Shown here piece after piece: positions 43,973-54,900 of a stretch of 64,000 nt of DNA. Source of the stretch: a virus (Duplodnaviria > Caudoviricetes). A model generated the notes under the pieces. It was not told the DNA's origin. It saw only the letters and a list, made by a program, of their open reading frames with translations, and did not search any database. A program made the position numbers and the translations under genes. Location of the stretch: the IMG/VR virus record IMGVR_UViG_3300037461_000646, positions 1 through 64,000 of that record. The stretch is one strand, 5' to 3'. How positions within the stretch are numbered: position 1 is the stretch's first letter; each line of letters opens with the position of its first letter.

Positions 43973-44875
43973 TTAAATAGATTTGAACAACTCCACCAAC
44001 TGCTTTACCCTGACTTCATTGCTGTGGGCTTGAGCCACAAGAGCTTTTGCATTGGCAATTATTTCTGACCTTTCAGCACCATGGGTGAGATAATAGCTTA
44101 CCCTTTCTGCCATATCGGAAAGGCCCTTGTAAAGAACAATATTCCTACCATCTGCCCAGCCTTGAGCATCTAAATCAGGCTGGCATGAATTGGTAATCAA
44201 AAGCCCACCAGTGGCGGGCACTTCTGTAAACCGGGATTGAATATTACCAAATATTGAATTGCCATTGACAAACAACTTACACTTATTGAGTTGGGCCACG
44301 TAAGAAAAGCAATCTCTCTCGATGGTTGTGTACACGGTCACTTTGGGTATTGAAAGCAATATTTCTTTGATTTGGGGTCGAATCGGGTAAAAGTCTTCAC
44401 GAGCATTCCACATGGCCCCAACGTCTATGGGTCTGGGCCAGCAAAGGTCTAAGAATAGCCCAAGGTCTACACTCATTGGGAAGTACACATGCTTGATGTT
44501 GTCTTTGTAGTGTTCACGAAAAAGGTCAACCTCTGGCATGGTCTGAAACAGAATGAGATTGTATTCATCCCACTTGAGTCTTCTGTTGAGCATAGATTCC
44601 CTGTTGCCCAACTTGAAATAATCGGTAGCCAACAAAATCTTAGGCAGCTTCACGGCATTTAGAGGGGGTAGCCACCCAATGAATTTTTGCTCCATTGCCA
44701 ACACGCCATCGAACCGGCCAAACTTCTCAATGACATCATTCACACTTAAATCAGTAGAATAGTCGGGGTAGTCTGGGCCATATAAAAAATGCCCTGAGTC
44801 AAGCAACGACTCGGCAAAGCGGGTCATGTAAATGGCCCTCTTGTGGCTGTTCTTGGTCAGAACCAATAGTCTCAT
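43973..44875 (-). CDS. Glycosyltransferase, CgeB-like GT-B
   Basis: RFTEVPATGGLLIT, IVLY....DM.ERVSYYL.H..ER..I..NA, HS..VR. Start 44875 overlaps the upstream stop (ATGA). Confidence 0.8.
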   Translation of the reverse strand: MRLLVLTKNSHKRAIYMTRFAESLLDSGHFLYGPDYPDYSTDLSVNDVIEKFGRFDGVLAMEQKFIGWLPPLNAVKLPKILLATDYFKLGNRESMLNRRLKWDEYNLILFQTMPEVDLFREHYKDNIKHVYFPMSVDLGLFLDLCWPRPIDVGAMWNAREDFYPIRPQIKEILLSIPKVTVYTTIERDCFSYVAQLNKCKLFVNGNSIFGNIQSRFTEVPATGGLLITNSCQPDLDAQGWADGRNIVLYKGLSDMAERVSYYLTHGAERSEIIANAKALVAQAHSNEVRVKQLVELFKSI

Positions 44876-45813
44876 AAAAAATTCAAATGCTTCATGAGAA
44901 GCACCCCGGTAGACTTCCAATCTTTATAGACTCTGGCATAGTTCATGTACCGACATTGAGGACATAAGGCAGGGTCTACCCGTTGTACGAAAGCCGGTCT
45001 TCTCTGCCAGATGGTTTCAAAACTCTCTTTCTCTAAATTCCCTACAACCATGTTCTTGTTGCCCCGGTGCTGACAACAGAAGTACACCTGACTGTCGGCA
45101 CCAACGACTCCGACCAAATGGGCAACTAAACAAGGGAGAGAATCGGTAGCTCGCCATCTGTCGGTTCGTATCGACTTGTTGTTTCTGGGGGGTTCAAACC
45201 CTGAAAAGATTTCACCATTCTCAAACACAACCGGCTTGAACTGAATGTATGAAACATCCAACGACTCTGCCAAATCATCTGCCAACTGCATTTCAAGCTT
45301 GTTGTCTTCACACACCACAAAGGCAAGGCCAACGGTTTCACAAACACCTACTGCCATTCTGACATTTGCAAGCACCCGGTCAAAGTAGTCTTTCCCTTTC
45401 ACCTTTGTATAGGTTTCTCTGGTGGCAGCATCTAAGCTGACCCGAATGAACTTGAACCGTTCTATCCCTTTTACCCTGTCAAGAAAGACCCCATTCGTGA
45501 TCAGGCCCACTTCAAACCCTTGCTGCACCGCCAAGTCGAACATCTCTTGAAAGTGGGGGTTCATGAGGGGTTCCCCACCCCCGGTGAAAGTTACGCCTTT
45601 GGTGCCAAGATGCTCAAGAGAGTTCAGAAGCTGAATATAGATAGGCAAAGGCAAATGCTGGTGGTTGCCCTTGAGATGGTTTTTGTAGAAACAAAATTGG
45701 CAATTCAACTGACAGGCATTTGAAGGGTCGATCTCACAACAAACCGGGGGCACGAAAGTGCCCTCTTCGATCTTTGAGATTCTATCAACCCAGTACAGTA
45801 TTTTCTCATCCAT
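44872..45813 (-). CDS. Radical SAM/SPASM protein
   Basis: CQLNCQFC, FTGGGEP, ITNG, RVSLDA; SPASM C...GVVGADSQVYFCC...VGNL....F..IW...CPQC. Confidence 0.9.
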   Translation of the reverse strand: MDEKILYWVDRISKIEEGTFVPPVCCEIDPSNACQLNCQFCFYKNHLKGNHQHLPLPIYIQLLNSLEHLGTKGVTFTGGGEPLMNPHFQEMFDLAVQQGFEVGLITNGVFLDRVKGIERFKFIRVSLDAATRETYTKVKGKDYFDRVLANVRMAVGVCETVGLAFVVCEDNKLEMQLADDLAESLDVSYIQFKPVVFENGEIFSGFEPPRNNKSIRTDRWRATDSLPCLVAHLVGVVGADSQVYFCCQHRGNKNMVVGNLEKESFETIWQRRPAFVQRVDPALCPQCRYMNYARVYKDWKSTGVLLMKHLNFL

Positions 45814-45825
45814 GCGACTCTCGCT

Positions 45826-48800
45826 TTATGGGGCATTGTAAAATTCAATATTTCTGATTGAAATTGTTTGATCTACTAAATCCCCCCGCAGTATCAAATA
45901 GTACATATCTGCCGAAAGGCTAATGTTGAACTCCACAACTTGTTCACCAGAGTCTTTTGAAACCACATTAGAGTCAAACAAAGATTCAAAAGAACTGTTG
46001 GCTATGGTCACTGAAAAACCATCTGCACTAGGTTGGTAAAAAGTCACCCTTATTTTGGTTGGTCGGTAGCTGGCAGTCCAAGTGCTGGCCCTTTCTAAAT
46101 AGACTGCCCCATACGAACCAAGATCGTAAGAATCCCACTCATTGTTGCCTGAATCCCAAGTACCCAAACCAGAATAAGCTTGCCAATAGGTCGTATTGTG
46201 GCGAGTCTCGTAATAGTCAGGCACAGCCGTTGTGGTGGTGGTTGAACTGGTTGAACTGGTTGAACTTGATGTACTGGTTGTTGAAAGAGTTGAAGCTGTT
46301 GAAGCCGTCGAACTGGTCGTGGTGAAGGTTGAAGTGGTCGAAGCTGTAGAACTGCTTGAACTTGTGGTTGACAAGGTTGAAGCTGTTGATGAAGAACTTG
46401 CTGTGCTTGAACTGGTGGTCGTGCTTGAAGTACTTGTCCACCCAGGTCGGGTCGATGTCGTAGTGGTGTATGTAGATAGTGTCGAAGAGGTGGTGCTGGT
46501 TGAAGTGGTCGAAAAAGTGCTTGATGATGTCGTGGTGGTAGAAGACGAAGATGAACTGGATGATGTCGTGGTGGTAGAAGACGAAGATGAACTGGATGAT
46601 GTCGTGGTGGTAGAAGATGATGTCCACCCCGGTCGGGTGGTTGTGGTCGAACTTGAAGAGGTGGTAGTGGTCGTAGTGGTGGTGGCAGCTATGTCACCTG
46701 AATAAGCAGACCCCATGAAAAATTCAACGGCACTCACACGGAACGCATCGTTTTCTCCCGCTGGTACGTCAAACTCGATATGAGAAATGTCGCCCCTGTT
46801 TGAAAACCCCAAATCGATCTCTGATCCAGAAACGTAGTTTAGAGCCGTAGCAATTGTGCCGTCTACTGCATGAATAGAAAAAGTAAGATTAGTAGCTACA
46901 CGGTCATGAGTGATTCTAAGCTTTGAGGGCCTAAAACCAACATACCAATCCCCCACAACATACAGTGCCCCCCCATCAGCCGATGTGACCACATTAAAGT
47001 TCCAGCGAGAATTGACACTGTCCCAAGTAGTGCTGGTATCGATGACTTGCCAATACCGAGAATCAGTCAAGTTTGCCCACTCAGAAACGTAATCGACAAC
47101 CAAGAGGGGGCTTAGAGTATCTATAGCATTTTCATTGGTTTCAGTCCAAGTAATGCCATAATCGTCTGATACAAATAAACCACTTGTGATCGTAGCTCCA
47201 GAGGCAATGCCATGAGCAGCCACAAGTCTTTCACCTGTAGAATTGCACCTTATTGATCTCCAAATAAACCCTTCTGTGTTTGTTTTTCTTTGTACCCAAC
47301 TGCCCCCATAGTTATTGGAAGTATATATACCATCAGAAGTGGCCACAGCCATGTATTGACCAGAATTACTAATACAAACCGTGAAGGTTCTGATTGAAAG
47401 AACCACAGAAAATGAAGCACCATAATTAGATGAAACAATAGTCCCTGATGCTCCCCCACTAAAAATTAAATATTGCCCTGTCGAACTACAAGAAAGATCA
47501 TCGTAAGAAGAAAAGGTTGTTATATCATAGCCCGACCAAGAAGCCCCAGAATTGGTTGTGACAATTATTCTTCTTGGGTTAGGGTTGTTATAATAAATAG
47601 CAGCAATAAAAGAACAGGTTCGATTGCAACAAATATCAGCAAATACAAAATAATCTCCTTTTGAAATGTATGGGGTAATGTCAGTCCAACTTGCACCGTA
47701 ATTGGTAGATTTATTAATTGTATCCCCTCTGGCGGCTACAGTTATAAAAATCGAACCGTCTGTATTTATGCACACTGTTTCGGTGAATTCATCAACTCCA
47801 TCTGGACCACTTCTTTTCGCCCAAGTTTCTCCAAAATCGGTAGACACATAATACTTGTATTTGTTGCCTGAAAGTACATAATGAAATGAAACAACAATGG
47901 TGGAACCATCTGAATCAAAACTGACTTTGTATGAACCTCCATCGTTGATGGGGGTTTGATGAGGCAGATTTATTGGAACCCAAGAAAAGCCGTAATCTGT
48001 TGATATAAAACATTTATTACTGTAATAAAGACCAGCAAACAAAACACTGCCTGTAGAATTACTAGCAACAGGCATGTAATATGGACTATTCAAAAGAGCA
48101 GCCCCATCTCTTGAAACCAAATCAAGATTTACAGGCACCCCATCAATGTCCCCATTCTTTAAAACTGCCACAATAGAATTGCCTGACACCCAGCCAGACC
48201 GATCAATGATTTTCTGAAGCTCATTAGAAAAATCTTGTGACCGTGCGGGGGAAAAACTGTTGGCACTGAAAAACGAACCAATCTCTTGCCCAGAAGTCAA
48301 TGATAGGGCATCAAACTGAGCATAGGTGGTAGGAGAACTTGGGTCATCAGCAGCAACAAAATGAACAATAACCCGACCAAAGGTTGAAACCCCACCAACA
48401 ATGGTTTCTGTGACCCCTGATAAATACGCCCTAACAATTCGACTGCCTTGTGGGATAGCCACATCGACAAACTTCATGAACGACTCTTTGGTGGTCAGCC
48501 CATTCCCATTTCTCACATAGTTGTAATTGGGGCTAAATGATAAAGAATCGGGGGAATACGCTCTCACCCCATCATCAATGTAGTACCCACCCGATTGAGC
48601 CGTGCCGATCTCAAAAAAGCTCTGGGTTGTTCTGCCAATGTCCACAGGGTAGTTGCACTTTCTTCCCACAATGGTCATGGTGCTGTTTTCGTGCATCGTT
48701 ATGTTTACGATCCTAAAGCGGGTTATATTTGATTGCACCAGCCCTGAAACCAAGGAGTAGATCAAGCTGGTAGAATCAAACTCAAGGGCAATAATTTCGC

Positions 48801-51171
48801 CTTTTCTGATGTCACTGCCGTATGCCCCACACTTAAATTCAACTTCTATGCTTGGCCAGCACCGCTCCCCTATGTACCAGCCCAAAAACGAAAGGGCTTG
48901 CATTTCCCCATTAATGTACTGTAATTCAATCGAGTCTTGAGTCAGTTCCCCGTACTCATCGATGCTCGACTGGTATGCACCTGATATGGAACCTTTGGTT
49001 GCCTCTTCGTCTTTCTTTTCGTAGGTTTCAACCCAAAACTTGCCGTAAGATGCCGACAAGGTGTTGATTACCTCTGACCGTGGACCAAGGCTGATCTTGA
49101 ACGAATTTGCGATGATCCGGGTATCAGGAATGGTCTTTGCCAAAGTTGCAAAGTTGGGCAGAAAGTAGACTTGGTGCTGACCGTCTTCAAAGAATTGGAT
49201 TGATCGGGCTTCAAGGGCAATCTTGTCTAAGAAGTCAACGGCATTCTCTCTTTCGATCAAAACTGGTGAAACCCTGACCCCATAAGTATTATAATCCAAA
49301 TTAGCCTGAGTATATGAAACCCCAAAATCAGTTATAGGAGAAAGTCCACAGTAGTAAACCAAAAACTTTTTCATTACATAATCTGGCTGCTCAATGACAG
49401 TGCCACTCGTGCCGTAGTGACCAGAATCATCAGCCATCCACCCTTGAATGTCTGCTGACACACGGCCCCCAACCACTGTATCAGCCACACTATTGCCAAC
49501 AAGTTCAACCGTCCCAGTCTTAACAGCAGCACCAGTCTTAATGGCTGCACCAGTCTTGGTGACATTGGCAATGTCAGTGGAAACAGTACCCCCCACCTTG
49601 TCTACAATAAACTCAGCCCAGACTTCGCCAACAAAGGTGTACCCACCGGGGTTTGTCCCTGTTCTTGTAACCGCCCCAGACAAAGAATTAATATAATCCC
49701 AATCTTTTTGTGATTCGTTGAGATTGAACCAAGTCGATCTGACAACAGTGCCTTTGAACTCGGCTGCACCACTATTGGAGTAAGATACAGTTCTGCCCAT
49801 AAAAGTGAATGTGGCCCCACAACTAGTGTCAACAAAACCCAACGCCATACAGACCCGCAATTGACTGGGCACCCCATCCAGATTTTGCAACTGAACCCTT
49901 TGTACAGTTACTACATTGCCCTGCCCCTGAATTCCCGCATACGTGCCTATGCTGCCGTCAGCCAACTTAATCGCATTGGTGCTAAAAGCATCCAAATTGT
50001 CTTGGTATATAAAACCAGTGGCTGTAGCGTAATCAAAGTTCCAAGTGGTGTACGCTGGCTCACCATCATGCTCATGGCCGGGGTCAGGCACATCAATCGA
50101 GTCGTTTACCCCAATTGAATCGTCCACAGCAATTGTGTCTTCAGCTTCGATGTTTATCTGCTCTGAGATGGAAGGCAAAGTGTTGAAAACAATAACTGCT
50201 TTACCGGGGTAGGTGGGGTGTTCGTCCCCAACTTGGCCGGTGTAGGTATCGTAAAGGGTGGCACTCTGAAGAACTTGCTCCCCTGTTTTTCTGTGCTGAA
50301 CATAAACCCCATCAAACGATTTAATCGGGTGAGCCATAGCGTAAACGTAAGCTGTCTGAATCTCAGCAACTATGGCCCCTTGGTTGTGAGCAACGGCTGT
50401 GGTGCTATTATACCCACGGGTGCAGCCAATGAAAGAATTGCCACTGACCCCTGCGTATTGAATTTGCTCTTCATCAATCTGAATTACTCCCCCAGCGACT
50501 TCAAACCCTGTGATGTCTGAAACTGGTATCGTAATGACACTTTCCGTTATAGCCTCACTCAGATTATCAATCGTGCCAGCATCGATAGCAAGAAAGGGAA
50601 CCTTCTTGGCCCTGCCAAAAGCAATTGGGAATATCTTGCCAATATCATCGGGGTCTGCGGTGGGGTAGCTCGATAACTCACAAATCTCAGGTTTGAATTT
50701 GCTTAGAATAGAGTTTTCAATGCCCACACAATGCACCACAACACGAGTATCATCCAATTCGGGGTTTTCGATCTTGCCTTTGAACCGCAACACCAAATCA
50801 TTAACAGAACTGGCCCCCTCAAAGAACTCATACAAGTACACAGTGGCATTAAAATAATCGGAATTGGCAATCGAGAAGAAGTTTCTGTACCCATACAAAG
50901 GTCTGGTGTTTTCGACCACGAAAGAAGTCTCACAGGCTTGTGAGGTAGTTTTGCCCAACACATCCGAGTACTGAAGGTTGATGTCTCCCCAAGACAAGAT
51001 TGCCGGGTGGTAGAACGTGTCGTTGAATTTGTACCTTGACCCCGGTGCCCCGAAAGCTCGGTCACACAAATAAAAAGTGATGTTGCTGAAGTGAATATGG
51101 GCAATTCGGGTGGGGCGAATGTTGGGGGAATCAATCGCAGTAGTTGTAAAAGAAGATAGAGTCTTAGGCAT
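45826..51171 (-). CDS. Large tail-tip/hub protein with BNR propeller, Ser/Thr linker and duplicated terminal domain
   Basis: Third gene after the tape measure; P.AFG hub motif; BNR boxes (S.D.G.SW, STNYGASW, SNNYGGSW, SDDYGITW); Ser/Thr tract; two YWQ....TWDS.N..W domains. Confidence 0.8.
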   Translation of the reverse strand: MPKTLSSFTTTAIDSPNIRPTRIAHIHFSNITFYLCDRAFGAPGSRYKFNDTFYHPAILSWGDINLQYSDVLGKTTSQACETSFVVENTRPLYGYRNFFSIANSDYFNATVYLYEFFEGASSVNDLVLRFKGKIENPELDDTRVVVHCVGIENSILSKFKPEICELSSYPTADPDDIGKIFPIAFGRAKKVPFLAIDAGTIDNLSEAITESVITIPVSDITGFEVAGGVIQIDEEQIQYAGVSGNSFIGCTRGYNSTTAVAHNQGAIVAEIQTAYVYAMAHPIKSFDGVYVQHRKTGEQVLQSATLYDTYTGQVGDEHPTYPGKAVIVFNTLPSISEQINIEAEDTIAVDDSIGVNDSIDVPDPGHEHDGEPAYTTWNFDYATATGFIYQDNLDAFSTNAIKLADGSIGTYAGIQGQGNVVTVQRVQLQNLDGVPSQLRVCMALGFVDTSCGATFTFMGRTVSYSNSGAAEFKGTVVRSTWFNLNESQKDWDYINSLSGAVTRTGTNPGGYTFVGEVWAEFIVDKVGGTVSTDIANVTKTGAAIKTGAAVKTGTVELVGNSVADTVVGGRVSADIQGWMADDSGHYGTSGTVIEQPDYVMKKFLVYYCGLSPITDFGVSYTQANLDYNTYGVRVSPVLIERENAVDFLDKIALEARSIQFFEDGQHQVYFLPNFATLAKTIPDTRIIANSFKISLGPRSEVINTLSASYGKFWVETYEKKDEEATKGSISGAYQSSIDEYGELTQDSIELQYINGEMQALSFLGWYIGERCWPSIEVEFKCGAYGSDIRKGEIIALEFDSTSLIYSLVSGLVQSNITRFRIVNITMHENSTMTIVGRKCNYPVDIGRTTQSFFEIGTAQSGGYYIDDGVRAYSPDSLSFSPNYNYVRNGNGLTTKESFMKFVDVAIPQGSRIVRAYLSGVTETIVGGVSTFGRVIVHFVAADDPSSPTTYAQFDALSLTSGQEIGSFFSANSFSPARSQDFSNELQKIIDRSGWVSGNSIVAVLKNGDIDGVPVNLDLVSRDGAALLNSPYYMPVASNSTGSVLFAGLYYSNKCFISTDYGFSWVPINLPHQTPINDGGSYKVSFDSDGSTIVVSFHYVLSGNKYKYYVSTDFGETWAKRSGPDGVDEFTETVCINTDGSIFITVAARGDTINKSTNYGASWTDITPYISKGDYFVFADICCNRTCSFIAAIYYNNPNPRRIIVTTNSGASWSGYDITTFSSYDDLSCSSTGQYLIFSGGASGTIVSSNYGASFSVVLSIRTFTVCISNSGQYMAVATSDGIYTSNNYGGSWVQRKTNTEGFIWRSIRCNSTGERLVAAHGIASGATITSGLFVSDDYGITWTETNENAIDTLSPLLVVDYVSEWANLTDSRYWQVIDTSTTWDSVNSRWNFNVVTSADGGALYVVGDWYVGFRPSKLRITHDRVATNLTFSIHAVDGTIATALNYVSGSEIDLGFSNRGDISHIEFDVPAGENDAFRVSAVEFFMGSAYSGDIAATTTTTTTTSSSSTTTTRPGWTSSSTTTTSSSSSSSSTTTTSSSSSSSSTTTTSSSTFSTTSTSTTSSTLSTYTTTTSTRPGWTSTSSTTTSSSTASSSSTASTLSTTSSSSSTASTTSTFTTTSSTASTASTLSTTSTSSSTSSTSSTTTTTAVPDYYETRHNTTYWQAYSGLGTWDSGNNEWDSYDLGSYGAVYLERASTWTASYRPTKIRVTFYQPSADGFSVTIANSSFESLFDSNVVSKDSGEQVVEFNISLSADMYYLILRGDLVDQTISIRNIEFYNAP
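46523..46617. repeat. Exact 36-bp tandem repeat, about 2.6 copies
   Basis: Unit GATGATGTCGTGGTGGTAGAAGACGAAGATGAACTG at 46523 and 46559, partial at 46595. In frame and without spacers. Confidence 0.9.
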
Positions 51172-51177
51172 TTATAA

Positions 51178-51918
51178 TCATCCTTTAACTTCAGAAACTG
51201 AAATATCAAACTCAAGCATCCCCTCATTCAAATGGTCTGACGATGGGGGCTGGTTGCCAAAGTCAGCCAAGAAACACGACTCCTCATGGTCAATGATGTA
51301 GAAGGGCTTGCTGTAATCATCAAGATATTCCATATCAGAAATAAACGTGGTCACGGGGTAGTTGACTCTGTCCATGAATACGGTGTAGTTTCTCTGCTTT
51401 CTCTTCGGGCCTATTCTGATGAAATGATCCACCCCACCGTAGGTTCTGGCTCGTTCAACATCGGATGAATCAGAAAACGTGGGCTGGTTGCTCCACACTA
51501 CTGGCACCGAAAGCATTCTACCCATAAAAACTTCGGTTGCCTGAAATATGTGGGAACCCATCGAAACCCGCCAGTACTGGTACGAAAGAGGTGTGGTCAG
51601 TGTCTTCAGTATCTGGGCTGTGCCAGATTGTGTCCAAGACAAAGCGGTTGTCCAAGAAGAGCCGTTGCTTGAATACTGCCAATCAACTTGAATACCGTTG
51701 AGAGCATGATCTTCGATAATGAGAGTATCAACTGCCAAAACCGTGCTGCCTTGGTTCACCGTCACAACATAGGCCCCTGTTGCCGAATACTTGCAGTAGA
51801 ACCCCGCAGACCGATCAAACAGTCTTTCTTTGGGGTAGCCCGAATCAACTGCCGTGACTGTTACCGTGCCATCTTCTAATATGTTGTAACAAAGAAACTT
51901 GACTCTGGAAGTAGTCAT
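51178..51918 (-). CDS. Distal tail-like protein
   Basis: Immediately after the tape measure (TAATG overlap); discoidin-like N-terminal part (YPKERLFD, YQYWRV). Confidence 0.65.
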   Translation of the reverse strand: MTTSRVKFLCYNILEDGTVTVTAVDSGYPKERLFDRSAGFYCKYSATGAYVVTVNQGSTVLAVDTLIIEDHALNGIQVDWQYSSNGSSWTTALSWTQSGTAQILKTLTTPLSYQYWRVSMGSHIFQATEVFMGRMLSVPVVWSNQPTFSDSSDVERARTYGGVDHFIRIGPKRKQRNYTVFMDRVNYPVTTFISDMEYLDDYSKPFYIIDHEESCFLADFGNQPPSSDHLNEGMLEFDISVSEVKG

Positions 51919-54900
51919 TATCGTCTGCCCCTTCGTTTATTAAGATCATCCAACTGCTGCTGAACTTCACAGGCAAATCGCCGTGCGGTTGCTTTGTCTC
52001 CACTCATGTACATCGTGTGAAAGTGAAACTGGATGGGCTGGCCGGTTGAGGCCGACAGTCTGAAATCAGGCATTGAAAAATCAGCCACCCGACCACCAGA
52101 CTTAAACGCTGGCAGCTTCTTGATGATGCCCCCAAACCGTTTGCCCAAATCATTGACCGACACTGAATTAGAATTAATTGCTTCAATCACGGGCAGAAAC
52201 CGTCTGGTGGATTCTTTGTTCACTACGAACTCCCCAGACTCTGCCGCTATAATCTGTCTATCTCCCCCACCATACCCCGGCAGCTTGCCACCTGAAGCAA
52301 AGGCTTTGATACCTTGGTAGAAACTATCGATTTTGCCCACCAACCCCCCATGCCGGTATTCAATAGCCCAATTCGCATCTGATCCACCTTCGCTATTATC
52401 CCCCCCACCACTACTACCACCCCCACCAGATTGTACTGTCTTGATGGTTAAGGTGATTGTTTTGCTTTGAAGAGAATCCCAATCTTTCTTTATGTCAACT
52501 ATAAAGCCCTTGGCTTTATCTAACAAATCAACTGCTTCTTTGGTGATAAGCTCATTGATAGAGGATGCAGCAAGCTCGTCAATTGTCGTCTTTACCTCAG
52601 TCAAAAGAGTCTTAAAGGCCACAACTATGCCGTAGACCCCTTGCCATGCAGCACCCATTCCACCAATTTGAAGAGACATGTTCTGTGTGTCAGTAGTGAT
52701 CTGAGAAATGGAGTCTTTTAGGGCCTGTGTAGAATCAGCCGCAGCCGTTGTCGCGTTGGCAGCAGTCTCTTGAATTGCGGTGACAATGCCTGTCGTGCTT
52801 TGCTGAACAGCAGCCGTTGCCTCTTGGCCTGATCGCTGTACCCCTTCGACAACCGCAACTTGAGCCTCTTGTACTTTATTGTGGATATCGTTGGTAAGGT
52901 TCTCGACCTTATTGTAGTACTCAGAGAGTTTGTTGACATCAAAGGTTTTGCCCCCAAAACTGATAGTGCCTGAACCCTGTGTTTCTCCCCCCACATCGTA
53001 GGTCTTGCCGCCTACTGTCATGGTGCCTGTGCCCTCACCACCAGACAACGCACCTACATCATAGGTCTTGCCCCCAACCGTGATCGTACCTTCACCTGTA
53101 GGGGGCTTCTGCACAGCCTGTAAGCCCGGTTGAGCACCGTAAGAGGGCTGTTGGGGCTTTGGCATATTCTTCATGTTGTTGGTCATCACTTCCCAGTCTT
53201 TTCGTATTGTGGAAGTGATGCCACTCAACTTTTCGCTTCTTTCAATAACTTCGTTCAAATTGCTGATGAATTCATCGAGTTTTTGCTGATTGATTTTGTC
53301 CCACTCACCACCGTAACTTTTCAAAAGGTCGGTCAATTGGGCCATCACCGTTTTGGCTTCTTCGGCCTTTTGCTTTTCCTGCTCTATCTGCTTTCGGTAC
53401 AACTCGTCCGTTTCAGTTTTAATCTGCTCAAGATACCGAATGGCAGCAGCCGTGGTTTCAGTCTCTGACCGTATGGTTTCGCCTTGGGCATTCTTTATGT
53501 CACGGGCAAGGCTTTCAGAAATGTCACTGGCCTTATCATAATACGACTTGGCATCATCATAATTTTTCTTGTACCCGGCTGATCGTGCCTTTTCTAACAG
53601 TTCATTGATTCGCTTCTCATCGTCGGCAAACTTCTGGCTGTCACTCATGCCCTTTTGCTTGAGGCCACGAATCTTATCTGTCATCCCCTCTTGGCTTTTC
53701 AGTCGGGCCTTTTCAAGCTTCTCGACTTCTTTCTCGGTGGCATTGACAAGACTTTGTAGTTCCTTCAGATAATCGTCAGCCATTTTACGGCCAGTCTTGA
53801 CCACCTCTTCAGAAGCCTTTTTGTAGACATCCACCACCTGAAGGTTTTCGGCTTGTGCTATGGCTATGATCGCCTGAGAGCCTTTCTTGCGAAGCTCAAG
53901 TAGTGCAGCCTGAAACCGTTCTTGGGCTTCTTTGCGCTTTACCTCATTCTCCCCTGCTTGCTTCAGTTCAACCTCATACCTGTCTCTGGCCCCCCGTATT
54001 TCAACTTCAATGCGCTCATTGATGATTTTCTTTTCTTCTTCCAATAAATTCTTCTTAAAATTCAGAAGCTGTTCACTGGTCATTTTTTCCTTCATCATGT
54101 CATCGGCAAACTTCAACAAATGCTTTGACCGAATGAAGGCTTCAGCAGCATATCTATCTTCTTCTGTCTTCAGAATGGTAGCAGCAATTTTCTTGTAGTT
54201 TGATACTTCGTCCTCCATCGATTTTGCGGCCTTGGCAAAAGCAACCTTTGACCCGGCATCGAGTGAGTCAAAAAAGTTTGTAAACATGTGGGGCAGATTC
54301 GCCATGGCCCTGTCGATTTCTTCAAGGTCTTTTGAAAACTCATCTGTGTAGCTCTTGATAGCTTCCATGGCAGTCTTGACTTGAGTATCGGTAGCACCAA
54401 GGGCTTTGAGTTTTTCGGTGATACTTTCCACCGACTCACCCAGCTTCTTGTAAATCTTAGCGATGTTGACAAAGCTCTGATCTCGGTCTTGCATGATCTT
54501 GGCTGTCTTCTGAGCTTCCTTGCTCATTTTAGACTCAGCTTCGACCACCGTGGTAAAGCTTTCCACAACATCGTCTGAGTTCTTTGAGACATCGTTCAGG
54601 CTTGAAGACAGGTCGTAGATATTTGCCTCAAGCTCTTTGATCTCTGAGTTGAAGTTGTCGTAGTTGGCATCAGGGGCTTTGATCTTCTCAATGTTACTGG
54701 CAGTCACAAGAAGTTGCTTGTCGTAAATTCTGAGCAGATCGATTTGTTTCTGAATTTCTTTTTCCCAAGTAAGTTGTTTGAGTTCAGCTATTTTCTTGAT
54801 GTTCTTGTCAAGGGAGCCAATGTTCTCATCTATGACCCCCTTCAACTGCGGGTAGGCTCTGATCAGCCGTTTAATGGCAGCTTCGTACTCGACAGAAATG

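Noticed and set aside
46523-46617. 36-bp repeats resembling a CRISPR repeat length
   Set aside because: Copies are directly adjacent with no spacers, lie in frame in a coding region, and no cas genes are present.
46217-46705. Val/Glu-rich and His-rich ORFs over the tail-tip linker
   Set aside because: Alternative-frame and antisense products of the Ser/Thr tract.
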